Shown: in pieces, positions 63,900 to 64,000 of the stretch
How the letters are laid out: each line of letters starts with the position of its first letter
Position numbering within the stretch: the first letter of the stretch is position 1
Source: Octopus bimaculoides
Lineage: Eukaryota
Assembly: GCF_001194135.2 (NCBI RefSeq)
Contig: NC_068995.1
Coordinates: 40,306,630 to 40,370,629 of the forward strand
Direction of reading: 5' to 3'
Length of the DNA: 64,000 nt
Position numbers and translations under genes: made by a program
Notes under the pieces: generated by a model
Database searches by the model: none
What the model saw: the letters and a program-made list of their open reading frames with translations, nothing else
What the model was told of the DNA's origin: nothing

Positions 63900-64000
63900 T
63901 TTAACATGGAGGTACAGCAATGAATTCTGGGTAGAGGTAGGGGTCCACCAAGGTTCCGTCCTCATCCCCCTCTTATTTACCATAGTCCTCCAGGCAATCA
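63900..64000 (+). mobile_element. RTE-LINE RT fragment running off the window end
   Basis: EFWVEVGVHQGSVLIPLLFTIVLQAI (RT GVxQGSVLSP motif). Confidence 0.85.

Noticed and set aside
1-64000. CRISPR arrays, rRNA, prokaryotic operons or defence systems
   Set aside because: None seen; the sequence is intron-rich eukaryotic DNA and the recurring repeats are dispersed SINEs, not repeat-spacer arrays

Overview
Eukaryotic, AT-rich, microsatellite- and SINE-dense scaffold sequence with many N gaps. The repeat repertoire (tRNA-derived SINEs, RTE-LINE tails ending in (GAT)n, abundant (TA)n/(CA)n/(AAT)n) looks like an octopus/coleoid cephalopod genome (inference). Two genes could be fully reconstructed by hand, and they sit head-to-head on a shared ~200-bp promoter. 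DIS3L (cytoplasmic exosome exonuclease) is on the minus strand: 23 coding exons, 8575-41250, 1060 aa. ANAPC11 (APC/C RING subunit) is on the plus strand: 45666-53589, 84 aa. Main finding: the ANAPC11 frame closes to the family-typical 84 aa with strong splice sites only if a single-nucleotide exon (G at 46746, context tacag|G|gtgagt) is included, echoing the 1-nt exon known from plant APC11. Second: a TSD-flanked, tRNA-headed retroelement in a DIS3L intron carries minimal hammerhead-ribozyme motifs in Penelope-like inverted arms. Also seen: an antisense captured copy of a DIS3L 3' splice site, a telomeric-repeat foldback, and weakly supported orphan exons at both window ends. All coordinates were counted by hand; no searches or folding programs were run.
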